This document shows positions 29,170 to 38,906 of a stretch of 64,000 nucleotides of DNA, piece after piece. The notes under the pieces are model-generated. The model did not search any database and was not told the origin of the DNA. It saw nothing but the letters and a program-made list of their open reading frames with translations. Numbering within the stretch: position 1 is the stretch's first letter; the number at the start of each line of letters is the position of its first letter. The DNA comes from a virus. Its lineage: Duplodnaviria; Caudoviricetes. A program made the position numbers and the translations under genes. The stretch spans positions 32,001 to 96,000 of the IMG/VR virus record IMGVR_UViG_3300047469_000103; one strand, 5' to 3'.

Positions 29170-29334
29170 ATGTCGCGAAAACTTTATGTTCGCGCCTCTT
29201 CCACTTCGCCCTTTATCGTGAATTTCGATAAGGGCGGGTGGACTGTTTATAAAAACGGACAGGCGATTAAAATGCTCCCATCCAACACGAAAATGTGGGA
29301 TGCGGATAAAAAAGAATGGGTATTTGTTAAGTAG
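29170..29334 (+). CDS. 54-aa protein missing from the ORF track, similar to the N-terminus of the 25567 ORF
   Basis: MSRKLYVRASSTSPFIVNFDKGGWTVYKNGQAIKMLPSNTKMWDADKKEWVFVK fills the gap between flanking genes. Confidence 0.7.
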   Translation: MSRKLYVRASSTSPFIVNFDKGGWTVYKNGQAIKMLPSNTKMWDADKKEWVFVK

Positions 29335-29343
29335 GTAATTCTT

Positions 29344-31383
29344 ATGGCTGGCACGCTGACAAGACTTCCCGCTTCGATGCTCTCCACGCGCAATTCTACA
29401 ACCGGCGATGTGTTGAAAAACACTGGCGATCAATTCGCACCGAGTTCGGATGATGTTGCACCGTCGAGTGGCGTAAAAGAAGCGCTTTTTGATAAAGAAA
29501 CTGGCACGCTGACAATTACAAACGTGGATGACACGACGATTATTGTTAACGGTTTACCGACTGCAAATAATATCGGTGTTGGTGCGACTGGCCCAACTGG
29601 CCCGCAAGGAAATACCGGTACAAATGGTCGAAACGGAAAAGATGGTAGAAATGGTGTTCAAGGTTGTATCGGCCCAAAAGGTGACGTTGGCCCTGCTGGC
29701 CCTGCTGGTGGTTATGGTGGTATTGGCCCCCGTGGCCCGGTAGGCCCAACTGGCCCGCAAGGCTCACAAGGTTTGCCCGGTGAAAAAGGCGATATTGGCC
29801 CAACCGGCCCACAAGGAAATCCCGGCCCTTCTGGTGGTGTTGGTTCTGGTGGTGCAACTGGCCCGCAAGGCCCAATCGGATTAACTGGCGCAACTGGCCC
29901 GCAAGGTGAAAAAGGCGAAATTGGCCCGCAAGGAATTGTCGGCCCAACAGGCCCGCAAGGCGGTAGCGGTTCCGATGGTTTGCAAGGCCCGGCTGGCCCC
30001 GCTGGCCCAATGGGTGTAGGTGTTCCCGGCCCCGCTGGTGTTTCTTCACTTTTCGTAAATGATTCGTGGACAAATACTGACAACCGCGTCGGTCGTTATC
30101 ACACGTTGGAAGCAGATGATAAATCTGTTGAAATTGTCGGTCGTTTTAAATCTTCGACTGCCGTACAAAACGTGACGATTACGCTGGAATATAACGGTGC
30201 TGCTGCGCGCCGTGTTGTGCCGATGATTAGTTTCAACACTTTCGGTTCTGCACTGATTGCCGGTGCGTCTTATACAATCACGGCAAACCCAACTGTAGAC
30301 GGCGATACAACTTGCTCGTTTACGTTTGCAGCAAGTCAGCCTTTTGCATCGCTTGATTTTAACTTCTGCGTGAAATTGGCAACGACTTCGCCAACGCCTG
30401 ACATGTCGATTTTCGATACGGCTCTGGATATTCCGCGTCCGGGTGCGGCTTACACTGCAACCCTGAATTTCCCTGTGCATTTGTCGATTGATTCCGAAGA
30501 AAACATTTTGGTCGATTGGGAAACTGTTTCGGATAACGCAATCGGTTCCGGTATTCCAGTTCCGACAACGCTGCCTCTTTTCCAAAGTTGGTATCGCACA
30601 GCAGGCCCGGATTATTTCACGCCTTCTGACGCAGTGCCACCGGGTAACGAAGCTGCCACGTTGGTATTCGATAACAGCCGAATTGAAGTCACGCTGAATA
30701 GTTCGAATTATATTCAGATGCTTTCGCCAATCGGCTTCCTGAAATACACATTGCAATGCCGTGTAGGTTCAGCAAACTCGGATGACGATCAAATCGGTTT
30801 GGTGGTTGCGTCCGTTCGTCAAGATGGGATTAACCATTCCATTTATGCCGTGCGAAATCAAGGCGGTGCTGGTGGTGTCGATGTTGCCACGCGTAAAAAC
30901 TTCATGATTACTTACGTGCGAAATAACACAGTAGTCAAGAATTTGGGCGCGGTGGACATTGGCGCATCTGTAAATACATGGGGCGGTAAAACGTCCGTGA
31001 TGAAAGTTGTGCGTGACGCAGATTCGATTCAATGTTTCGCATCTGATTTCAACTCGCCAACTTTGAACGCCACACCGTTAACCGTTAACTTGGCCTCCGA
31101 TCCTGATTTGGCAGTCTTCCGTGACTCGTGCAAATTCGGTTTCTTCGCACAATCCCAAGCTGGTTCTTATTGGGAAAATATCACGTTTGATTTTGGCGTG
31201 GCTGATTACATTTCTGCATCGGGCACATTGGAAATTCCAGCGGGCACAACTGATATCACAATTCCGGTTGTGATTAAAGGAACTGACGTTGCGAATCCGC
31301 CAGCAAAGACTGTGAGCGTGCGTTTGTCGAATCCACGGAATGCCAAACTCGGCGCTGTTGCTGTCGGAGTCGGGACGTTCTGA
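29344..31383 (+). CDS. collagen-like fibre protein 4 with Calx-beta and lectin-like head
   Basis: 48 Gly-X-Y triplets; ADYISASGTLEIPAG Calx-beta motif; NSDDDQIGLV thrombospondin-C-like motif. Confidence 0.82.
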   Translation: MAGTLTRLPASMLSTRNSTTGDVLKNTGDQFAPSSDDVAPSSGVKEALFDKETGTLTITNVDDTTIIVNGLPTANNIGVGATGPTGPQGNTGTNGRNGKDGRNGVQGCIGPKGDVGPAGPAGGYGGIGPRGPVGPTGPQGSQGLPGEKGDIGPTGPQGNPGPSGGVGSGGATGPQGPIGLTGATGPQGEKGEIGPQGIVGPTGPQGGSGSDGLQGPAGPAGPMGVGVPGPAGVSSLFVNDSWTNTDNRVGRYHTLEADDKSVEIVGRFKSSTAVQNVTITLEYNGAAARRVVPMISFNTFGSALIAGASYTITANPTVDGDTTCSFTFAASQPFASLDFNFCVKLATTSPTPDMSIFDTALDIPRPGAAYTATLNFPVHLSIDSEENILVDWETVSDNAIGSGIPVPTTLPLFQSWYRTAGPDYFTPSDAVPPGNEAATLVFDNSRIEVTLNSSNYIQMLSPIGFLKYTLQCRVGSANSDDDQIGLVVASVRQDGINHSIYAVRNQGGAGGVDVATRKNFMITYVRNNTVVKNLGAVDIGASVNTWGGKTSVMKVVRDADSIQCFASDFNSPTLNATPLTVNLASDPDLAVFRDSCKFGFFAQSQAGSYWENITFDFGVADYISASGTLEIPAGTTDITIPVVIKGTDVANPPAKTVSVRLSNPRNAKLGAVAVGVGTF

Positions 31384-31388
31384 TAACC

Positions 31389-31422
31389 AAAGGAGGCTGC
31401 GTTTTTACGTGGCCTCTTTTTT
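31389..31422 (+). terminator. intrinsic terminator
   Basis: GAGGC-T-GCGT...ACGT-G-GCCTC followed by T-run abutting the next RBS. Confidence 0.65.
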
Positions 31423-31431
31423 GGAGTTTTT

Positions 31432-34400
31432 ATGGCAACATACGTTAAGTTAAGCGGCACGGCGATGGCCTTGAATACCTATCCATCAGAAGGTTCGATT
31501 GCGAACCTCACGGATGGTAACAAGACAACGCTTTGGCACAGCTACGACGCGAACGAAAGTGCAAACAATACCTTCATGGGTATGACGTTTTCGACCGGAC
31601 AAATTCCTCGCAAAATTGAAATTGATTTTGCACGCTGGGGTTCCAAAATTGTAATCGGTTATGCGCCTGCAAAGCCGGGAGCATGGTCGGGTTTTACGGT
31701 TGTTCGTACCATTGACACAAACGCGCAGCCGCTCGATGATGCGGGTGTTGCGTGGGGTGGCGACCGTTTAGGTAAAAGAACAAACACAATTCTTTTAAAC
31801 AATTCCGTGGCCGCGAAGTGCTGGGGTATTTGCAGCACTGACAATTTGTATGGCCCGCTTTCTGACACCAACGCCGGTAATAACACGCGACTAACTGTTT
31901 ATGAAGTTGCGATGTATTCGGATAGTCAATTCACCGCGCCTTCGCAACCACTCGCATCGACTACGCCCCTTACCGGTACAGCTTTTTGCGATAAAAATAC
32001 TTGGTGGTCTTCAAACAACCCCGGCTATGCACCGTCAAAAATGATCGACGGCGTGCTGGATGGTTTGCGCTGGATTGGTGCTGCACTCGATGTAACCGCA
32101 TCGCTGCAAAACTTTGCGGGTATTAAATTCACCGGCCTTCAAGATATTGTTGATGTGCAGGTGCATATCGCATCGTGGGGTAAAAGTTTTAAAATTGGTA
32201 CATGGGCAAACGGCACTGATCCTGCTGGCGCCTCGTTTACAAAAGCGCAAATTATTCCGCTGAAATCCTACGACTCGACCGTGCATACGGACGACGACGG
32301 TCTGGCAATCGGCATTGAAAAATGGTTGCGTTTTTCTGTACCAACGAATCAAATTCCCGGCGTTCTTTTTTATTGCGATGATAACAGCGCTAACCCGCTG
32401 TCGAACAACGCAGGGGCAGCCAACTCAAACGAAAGTCTTAACGAAATAAAGATTTTCGGTAAAGTTGTAACTGTTTCGGATGGCATTAACCCGAAGCCGC
32501 CTACGTCAGTTCCGACTGTACCGTACACCGCTGCACCGCCCATAGGTTGGACAAAAACCGCGTTTTCTACAGCAGGCAATTTCACGTTTACTCCGGCTGC
32601 TGATACGACAATGCTTTTGGCCGTTGCAATGGGTGCTGGTTCGGGCGGTCGCGTATTTACAAACCTCGACGGTTCTCCGACATTAAATAACACTACGCTT
32701 TTTGGTGGCGATACAATTCTCACCGGGCCAAATGGTGTTCTGTTAAATGCCGGTGGTGGTAAAGGTCAAGTCGCGGGTTTGGCAAATGCAAAACCTTCGG
32801 ATATTTTCGAAAACTGGTGGCGCTACATTGACCACGGCTCGACTGTCGGCACATTAAGTTCTGCGGGAATTGCTACATCAGCAGCAGGCCGTGCCGCTCC
32901 ATTTGGCTCTACTGCTCCGCCGTCTTTCACGTTGGCGATTGCACAAACGAACAATCCGTTAACTGCGCTAACCACAAACTTTAACAACAACAACGCGGTT
33001 CCAATTACGCCGTCTGTTTCCACGAATTTTTCGCGAAATGCTTCTTACGGGTGGACAAGTACAAACACTGATCCAAACTCGAAAGCAATCCTGACGTTCA
33101 ACTTCAAAGGTTATATCGGTCAGCGTATTACTTTCAGTGCTTACAAATACAGTACGGAATCGACAACGTTTATTCTGTATTTGAATGGCGTGGCAGTCTA
33201 CAACGTCAACGGTGGCGGCAGCGGCCCTTACGATATGCCGGTAACATTAACGGCGGAAGGCGATCAAGTATTTACGTTTGAATTTACGCGCAGTGCAGGC
33301 TTGCCTTCGGTTCAAGGATTTGTCGGCATTTACCGAATTGCCTTGGACAACATCGGTTACGCTCCGACACTCGGCGGCGCAACTGGTCGCGCACAATCTG
33401 CGTTTCTTCCAGTTCTTCCAGTTTCTTTCACCGTTGGTAAAGGTGGTATTGGTCAACCCGGTGGGCAGAACGTAACGGCTGCGCAAAATGGTACAGGCGG
33501 TTCCGGTGCAGCAGCAGGCGGTAATGGTGGTGACGGTTTTGTTTACTTTTACGAATACAAAGGGAACGTGTTATTCGAAAAACCAAACGAACCTCTTACG
33601 TTCGCGAAAGTAAACGTTTCGACTGCGGAATTGCCGGGTTTGTATCGCTCAGATTATAAAGGGCGAGCGGTGCTTTCTCCGGGGTTCGATACCTTCATTC
33701 ACAATCTGCGACCACGCACGAAAAACGTACTTGTTTTAATGGTCGGCGCTGGTGGTGTGGTTGGTCTTGCTGCTGACCATCCATTTTCACAACAACCGCC
33801 AACAACCGTAAAACACGATATTAATACGTGGATAACCACAAGCGGTCAAAGTGGCGGGCAGTACGCAAACACCGGTAAAAGTTTAGGTGGTGTTTATACT
33901 TCACCTACCGATACTCTGTACGCCAAGAATGGTGATAGCAGCGGCTACAGTTACGACGATACTGCGCTATCTTCGTTTTTCGACGGCTCAGGTAATGGTG
34001 CGCGATCTTATGCGTACAATTACGGTGGTGGTGCTGGCGCGCTAATTCTGTTTTCGCTAAGCGTCGATCCGACCGATGATCGTTCGCTTGAACTGCAAAT
34101 TGCAAACGTATATGGTTCCAACACGCCACAACCCGGTGCTGTGACTATTTTCGAAACCGAAACGGATTTCGGCCCGTATATTTCGCAGCTTGTGGAATCG
34201 CTGCTGATTAAAAACAGCTACGGCGACACGTCCATTACGCAATCGGCACAACAGGTTCTGTTGAAAAACGGTTTGATTGGCAGCAACACTTCGCAAACTA
34301 CGGAAATGTTGTTGGTAAAAGAAAGCGATGTGAACGATCTGCAAGTTTCCTACATGAACGTCGCGTTCCTGTACGAAGCCACCGATCCGAATACCGCAGT

Positions 34401-36132
34401 CTCGCAAACCGCCGAACAAGTTCTGCTTAAATCGGGCATAGAAAATACGCTCGTTACGCAAATGCCAGAAATGGTATTTATGAAGTCTGACAAACTTCCG
34501 ATTCGTTTCACGCAAGCAGCAGAAATGCTCTTTGTTGCGGAACTGCCATCGGTGCTTTGGTTGAACTTCGGCACGTTGGAATATCCGGTTAAAAACCAGT
34601 TGTACACTTCCAGCACGGGCCGCGCAACATCGGTAAAACCCGGCGCTTATATTCAGTTGGAAGGGAATTTTGCACCGGGCACCACGATGTTCCGCAATGG
34701 TGTTGATGTTGGTTTGAGTACGCCGATTGCAAACAACGATCAAATCTATGTTTACGGTGGCGTGACGAATTACTATCAGACATTTATTAACGCTTATGTC
34801 TACTACACGACCAACGGGGAAATCACGCGGGAGCAAGCCGGTACGTGGAAAGTATTGCAGCCGATTTTGACTGCGGTTAAACCACGCAGCTATGCGGCTT
34901 ACACAGCGTTTTCTTGGCTGCGACACACGCACGGATTTGCAACGTCGAGTCTGATTCCACAAGCGGTTAAAGCAAATAGCATTTACGGTGCCTTCGTAGA
35001 TTATCTGGCGCAGAAAGTTAGCTACGCTGCATCGAGTCTGACTTCCGAGTTTGTTAAAGCGGCTGTCTCGACATTCGAAAGCTACACTGAAGCATTGATG
35101 CAAAAGGCGAATAGCCGGATTGCTGAAGTAACACTGGTGCCGGAATTCACGAAAAACAATTCGTTAATTGCTGAAGTCACTGTCGATTGGGAAGCGGTAA
35201 AAACCAAAGACGCTTACGTGACTGTTGGTTATGACGACGCGCCAAAAGCGCACATTGTTTACACCGATGTTGTTGGCTATTCCGAAACAAAAGCAGGCTA
35301 TGGGACTTACATTGTTTCTGATGCGGGTTTCGATTTGATTCAAACGGGTGATGGTTTCTACATCATTCAAGAATCGGATATTGCGAAGGCTGGCTATGCG
35401 GATTACATTATCGAAGAATCAGACATTGCAAAAGCTGGCTACGGAAAAGTCGATCAGATATTCGAACACTTTTATCGCGATCATGCGTATTTCTCCGAAG
35501 TTGTTTACACTGCCATTTCTAGTTCGGGCGCAACGGGTGTATTCCCGATGGGTTGGTTTGGAACCATTGCCTATTCGGTTCTGACTAGCACGAATTATCA
35601 AATCGGTGTGACAATTGGCACGGGCCATTGGTTAATGCCAACGGGTGATGCGTTGTATGCGAAAGCTGGTTTCGGTTTTGCAAATATGCCGCTTCCAGAC
35701 AAAGCAATTGCGCACAGTGAATTGTACGGCGTAGGCGTTGAAAAACATGGCGCTCACGACAACGGGTATTTCAGCACTTACGGAATCACTCATAAAATCG
35801 GTATTGCAACATTCCAAAGCGGTACAGCTTATTCCGGCGTTCATTCGGATACGGCTTCTGCTTCGAATACACCGATTAAAACAATTCACAAATCTTCAAC
35901 CGCTTCTTTGACGCCTTACCGTTATGCGCAATCTGCAAACGGACGTGGGGCAGCATCGCTGTATATGGGTTTCGATACGAAACAAGACGCTCTGGATTTC
36001 ACGCAGAACTTCTACGGCGTAACGACAATTGCCATGTATAACGGTTTTGTTTACAACCTCGAAATAGATAAATCTTTTGTTTGTGAGATTTATTACAACG
36101 GCCCGGTTTCTGGTCTGATTCAAGGTGGTTAA
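31432..36132 (+). CDS. long tail fibre/adhesin with two discoidin-like and Gly-rich domains
   Basis: IANLTDGNKTTLWHS and APSKMIDG F5/8C-like starts; GGNGGDGFV Gly-rich motif; Q(T/S)AEQVLLK repeats. Confidence 0.7.
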   Translation: MATYVKLSGTAMALNTYPSEGSIANLTDGNKTTLWHSYDANESANNTFMGMTFSTGQIPRKIEIDFARWGSKIVIGYAPAKPGAWSGFTVVRTIDTNAQPLDDAGVAWGGDRLGKRTNTILLNNSVAAKCWGICSTDNLYGPLSDTNAGNNTRLTVYEVAMYSDSQFTAPSQPLASTTPLTGTAFCDKNTWWSSNNPGYAPSKMIDGVLDGLRWIGAALDVTASLQNFAGIKFTGLQDIVDVQVHIASWGKSFKIGTWANGTDPAGASFTKAQIIPLKSYDSTVHTDDDGLAIGIEKWLRFSVPTNQIPGVLFYCDDNSANPLSNNAGAANSNESLNEIKIFGKVVTVSDGINPKPPTSVPTVPYTAAPPIGWTKTAFSTAGNFTFTPAADTTMLLAVAMGAGSGGRVFTNLDGSPTLNNTTLFGGDTILTGPNGVLLNAGGGKGQVAGLANAKPSDIFENWWRYIDHGSTVGTLSSAGIATSAAGRAAPFGSTAPPSFTLAIAQTNNPLTALTTNFNNNNAVPITPSVSTNFSRNASYGWTSTNTDPNSKAILTFNFKGYIGQRITFSAYKYSTESTTFILYLNGVAVYNVNGGGSGPYDMPVTLTAEGDQVFTFEFTRSAGLPSVQGFVGIYRIALDNIGYAPTLGGATGRAQSAFLPVLPVSFTVGKGGIGQPGGQNVTAAQNGTGGSGAAAGGNGGDGFVYFYEYKGNVLFEKPNEPLTFAKVNVSTAELPGLYRSDYKGRAVLSPGFDTFIHNLRPRTKNVLVLMVGAGGVVGLAADHPFSQQPPTTVKHDINTWITTSGQSGGQYANTGKSLGGVYTSPTDTLYAKNGDSSGYSYDDTALSSFFDGSGNGARSYAYNYGGGAGALILFSLSVDPTDDRSLELQIANVYGSNTPQPGAVTIFETETDFGPYISQLVESLLIKNSYGDTSITQSAQQVLLKNGLIGSNTSQTTEMLLVKESDVNDLQVSYMNVAFLYEATDPNTAVSQTAEQVLLKSGIENTLVTQMPEMVFMKSDKLPIRFTQAAEMLFVAELPSVLWLNFGTLEYPVKNQLYTSSTGRATSVKPGAYIQLEGNFAPGTTMFRNGVDVGLSTPIANNDQIYVYGGVTNYYQTFINAYVYYTTNGEITREQAGTWKVLQPILTAVKPRSYAAYTAFSWLRHTHGFATSSLIPQAVKANSIYGAFVDYLAQKVSYAASSLTSEFVKAAVSTFESYTEALMQKANSRIAEVTLVPEFTKNNSLIAEVTVDWEAVKTKDAYVTVGYDDAPKAHIVYTDVVGYSETKAGYGTYIVSDAGFDLIQTGDGFYIIQESDIAKAGYADYIIEESDIAKAGYGKVDQIFEHFYRDHAYFSEVVYTAISSSGATGVFPMGWFGTIAYSVLTSTNYQIGVTIGTGHWLMPTGDALYAKAGFGFANMPLPDKAIAHSELYGVGVEKHGAHDNGYFSTYGITHKIGIATFQSGTAYSGVHSDTASASNTPIKTIHKSSTASLTPYRYAQSANGRGAASLYMGFDTKQDALDFTQNFYGVTTIAMYNGFVYNLEIDKSFVCEIYYNGPVSGLIQGG

Positions 36133-36137
36133 TTTAA
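36130..36137 (+). promoter_or_regulatory. putative late-promoter motif TAATTTAA
   Basis: Overlaps the stop codon, upstream of the 36160 ORF. Confidence 0.35.
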
Positions 36138-36159
36138 TAGAAACGTTGGAGATTCTCAC

Positions 36160-36585
36160 ATGGCACTTGTACCAATCAAAAAGCTAAGTGAGGTCGGCAA
36201 CCGAGTAAGAAAGAGTTTTCAATTGAAGACTCTTTTACTCGCTCCAAACGCATCTGAATCTTTTGTGATTGATTGCGGCGCGTCCGCAATCGTCCAAAGA
36301 CTCAAGGTCGATAAACCGTGCGTAGTGGAAGTGTTCGGTGTAGAGGATCACAACGCGATTGATGATCCTTCGCCGTACAAGTTTGTCGCCGTCACTGGAC
36401 ACCTAATGGACGATGGTTCCACGACTTTACGGGACGGAACTGTTTTAAAAACGCGGCAATATTCGATTTTCGTTAATCTCGAAACTCCGAATCGTCCGCA
36501 AATGTACGGCAAGATTACCAACACAGGCCCGACTGCCGTTGCAATCACAATTGATTTACTTTACCTGACCGTCGAGGATGTTTAA
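36160..36585 (+). CDS. virion structural protein
   Basis: GGAG RBS; beta-rich; in the structural operon. Confidence 0.75.
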   Translation: MALVPIKKLSEVGNRVRKSFQLKTLLLAPNASESFVIDCGASAIVQRLKVDKPCVVEVFGVEDHNAIDDPSPYKFVAVTGHLMDDGSTTLRDGTVLKTRQYSIFVNLETPNRPQMYGKITNTGPTAVAITIDLLYLTVEDV

Positions 36586-36587
36586 CT

Positions 36588-37781
36588 ATGGGTATCGCAA
36601 TTCGTAAAGAGGGATTTATCACGGCAGGCACCGTGTCTCTCGCAATTATCACCGACATGTTGGCGAATGGTTTTAAAGCCATTTATCCAGTTGATGCTGG
36701 TGGCGTTTTTGTTCCGCCAACTGGCCCTGATGCAGAAAAATTCCACGTAACTTTGGAAGCAGGCCCGACTGTCGATCCACTTAACCCGCTGATTCCCGGC
36801 GCAACTCCAAACCAACCTTGGCGCGTGAATTTCACCGTCACCGATAATGCCACTTTGGGTATTTTCGTTGGCAGTTCTGCCGCGCTGAAAAATGACGGTT
36901 CTTTGCCGTACACTTCCGACAACGTAAAAACTACCAACAGCCAAGGCGAAACGATTAACACTCGTTTGGTCGGCGCTCGCGGTATTGTTGGTGCGGACTA
37001 CACCCCGCCACGCGGCGCACAGTCGTCGTCGGTTACTGTCGATAAAGAATTCTTTGTTGATGAAACCAAATTCGCGCCACACTGGAACAATCCAACCGAA
37101 GGTTTTGTTAACCGTCGTAATAAAGTTTGGCTGGATATTCAATCGACCACTCCGAAGGGCAGCAGCAACGTAGCGGCTGAAATCATTCCCGCCTACCCAA
37201 CTGATCCGAAAAAAGACGTATCGAATACCTACCCGCTTTCGTACTACCTCGCAATTACTCCACGCGGTTTCTTCCTGTCCGTTTGGCAGGGTAGCATTAC
37301 CAACATGGGCGGCACGGATTTCTCGTGGGTTCTGGTTCAACGTCCTGTGCAGCGTGATACCGGCGCCGTTGTTATTGACGGTAAAGCTCCGGTTTTCTGC
37401 GTGAACAGCGTAGGTAATCAAATCAACCGTTTCGTAGTTCGTGAAGCTGACGTTTCCGATGCCTCCGCAATTATCCTTGCAACTGAGGATAGCAAAGACG
37501 GCACCGCAATTATCAACGGTAAAAAACAAATCGGTGTTTCTGAAAATAACCAGTACATCGTAAACTATCCGTCGCGCCTGAATACTCCGCGTTACGCATA
37601 CACTTACGAACTGGACATGATCGGTTACGCTTCGGCCACCGTGATTTCTGGTACTACCGAAGTTCCACAAACTCTGTACGGCGAACCAACCGAACGGAAA
37701 TACCTCGGTATGCACTCCAACCTCCCGGCAAACAACGGCATGCGTATTGTTGCGCTGACCAAAGGCGGCGGCATCGCGTAA
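36588..37781 (+). CDS. virion structural protein, paralogue A (candidate hair/filament subunit)
   Basis: Clear paralogue of the 37795 ORF (PSRLNTPRYAYTYELDMIGY). Confidence 0.8.
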   Translation: MGIAIRKEGFITAGTVSLAIITDMLANGFKAIYPVDAGGVFVPPTGPDAEKFHVTLEAGPTVDPLNPLIPGATPNQPWRVNFTVTDNATLGIFVGSSAALKNDGSLPYTSDNVKTTNSQGETINTRLVGARGIVGADYTPPRGAQSSSVTVDKEFFVDETKFAPHWNNPTEGFVNRRNKVWLDIQSTTPKGSSNVAAEIIPAYPTDPKKDVSNTYPLSYYLAITPRGFFLSVWQGSITNMGGTDFSWVLVQRPVQRDTGAVVIDGKAPVFCVNSVGNQINRFVVREADVSDASAIILATEDSKDGTAIINGKKQIGVSENNQYIVNYPSRLNTPRYAYTYELDMIGYASATVISGTTEVPQTLYGEPTERKYLGMHSNLPANNGMRIVALTKGGGIA

Positions 37782-37794
37782 GGGGATTAAAAAA

Positions 37795-38835
37795 ATGGCA
37801 GTTTCTGGTTTTTATGTTCGTCGCAGCGGTTATACCCACGTTGGCGAATTGATGTTGGCTGTAATTGCCGACATGAGCGCGAACGGTTTTGCTGTTCGTT
37901 TTCCAGCCGCATGGGTTCCGCCAGTTGATCCGACTGGCCGTGCGAAATTCAAAGTAACTTTGGAAGCAAGCGAAACCGTTGATCCACTCAACGCCACCGC
38001 TTTGCAAAACAAACAACCTTGGCGCGTACAAATCGAAGTTTTCGACAAGCATACCGCTGGCGTAACTACTGGTTCGCAACAAGCTTTGCGCACTGATGGT
38101 TCCGCGTCGTATTCGATTAACGGCACCAAACTGAAAGGCCCGCAAGGCGCTGTCGGTGGCTACTACACCAAAGGCACTACGCTGGCTGATATCAGTCCTG
38201 ATCCAACCAAACCAGCGGAAGGTTTTATTAACCGAACTTCCCGTGTTGTTTTGGGCGCAATTGATTTGGCTGATTCTTTCCCAATGACTTATTCGCTTTC
38301 GATCACGCCTCGCGGTGTGGCCCTTTGCGTTTGGGAAGACTACGTTTCTGACAGCGGCGCTGCTGCAATTTCGTGGTTTGTTATTCAACGTCCGGTTGAT
38401 CGTACTACCGGCGCAGCAATCATTACCGGTAAAGCTCCGGTATTCTGCCTGAATGGCGTTAACAACGTTATTAACCGTTTTGTTGTGCGTGAGTCTGACG
38501 TACTCAAACCGTCTGACGCCGTTGACGCTACAAAAGACACGGATTACAACAACGCAATTATCAACGGAATTGAACAAGTAGCAATTTCCGAAGGTAATCG
38601 TTACGTTGTGGCTTTCCCTTCGCGTCTGAATACCACACGTTACGCCTATACCTACGAACTCGACATGCTGGGTTACACCAGTGCCGACGTGGTATCGGAA
38701 AACACGGATGTTCCGCTGACTGTTTACAACGAGGGAACTCCGCGTAAATACGTTTCGCTTCTGGCGAACGGTGCGAATAACACCGGCATGCGAATTGTGT
38801 CAATTAAGGAAGGCGGCGGTATTTCGCTGACCTAA
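37795..38835 (+). CDS. virion structural protein, paralogue B
   Basis: PSRLNTTRYAYTYELDMLGY; full-length similarity to the 36588 ORF. Confidence 0.8.
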   Translation: MAVSGFYVRRSGYTHVGELMLAVIADMSANGFAVRFPAAWVPPVDPTGRAKFKVTLEASETVDPLNATALQNKQPWRVQIEVFDKHTAGVTTGSQQALRTDGSASYSINGTKLKGPQGAVGGYYTKGTTLADISPDPTKPAEGFINRTSRVVLGAIDLADSFPMTYSLSITPRGVALCVWEDYVSDSGAAAISWFVIQRPVDRTTGAAIITGKAPVFCLNGVNNVINRFVVRESDVLKPSDAVDATKDTDYNNAIINGIEQVAISEGNRYVVAFPSRLNTTRYAYTYELDMLGYTSADVVSENTDVPLTVYNEGTPRKYVSLLANGANNTGMRIVSIKEGGGISLT

Positions 38836-38857
38836 TTGGGAAATCATTTTCCCTGTG

Positions 38858-38887
38858 AAGGGGAGAATTAATTTTCTCCCCTTTTTT
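38858..38887 (+). terminator. intrinsic terminator with TTAATT loop
   Basis: AAGGGGAGAA-TTAATT-TTCTCCCCTT-TTTT, preceded by a GGGAAA-TCAT-TTTCCC hairpin. Confidence 0.8.
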
Positions 38888-38906
38888 GTTTCTGGAGATT
38901 ATTTCT

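Noticed and set aside
36588-38835. Paralogous 3' regions as DGR template/variable repeats
   Set aside because: Differences are mainly synonymous and not adenine-specific; both copies are intact genes; no reverse transcriptase in the window
38886-38906. Upstream-extended starts in the ORF track (also 1049, 3970, 13299, 46083, 46387, 50660, 51284, 52645, 58627, 59573, 59913, 60496, 62256)
   Set aside because: They overlap terminators or neighbouring genes; downstream starts have RBS or stop-start coupling
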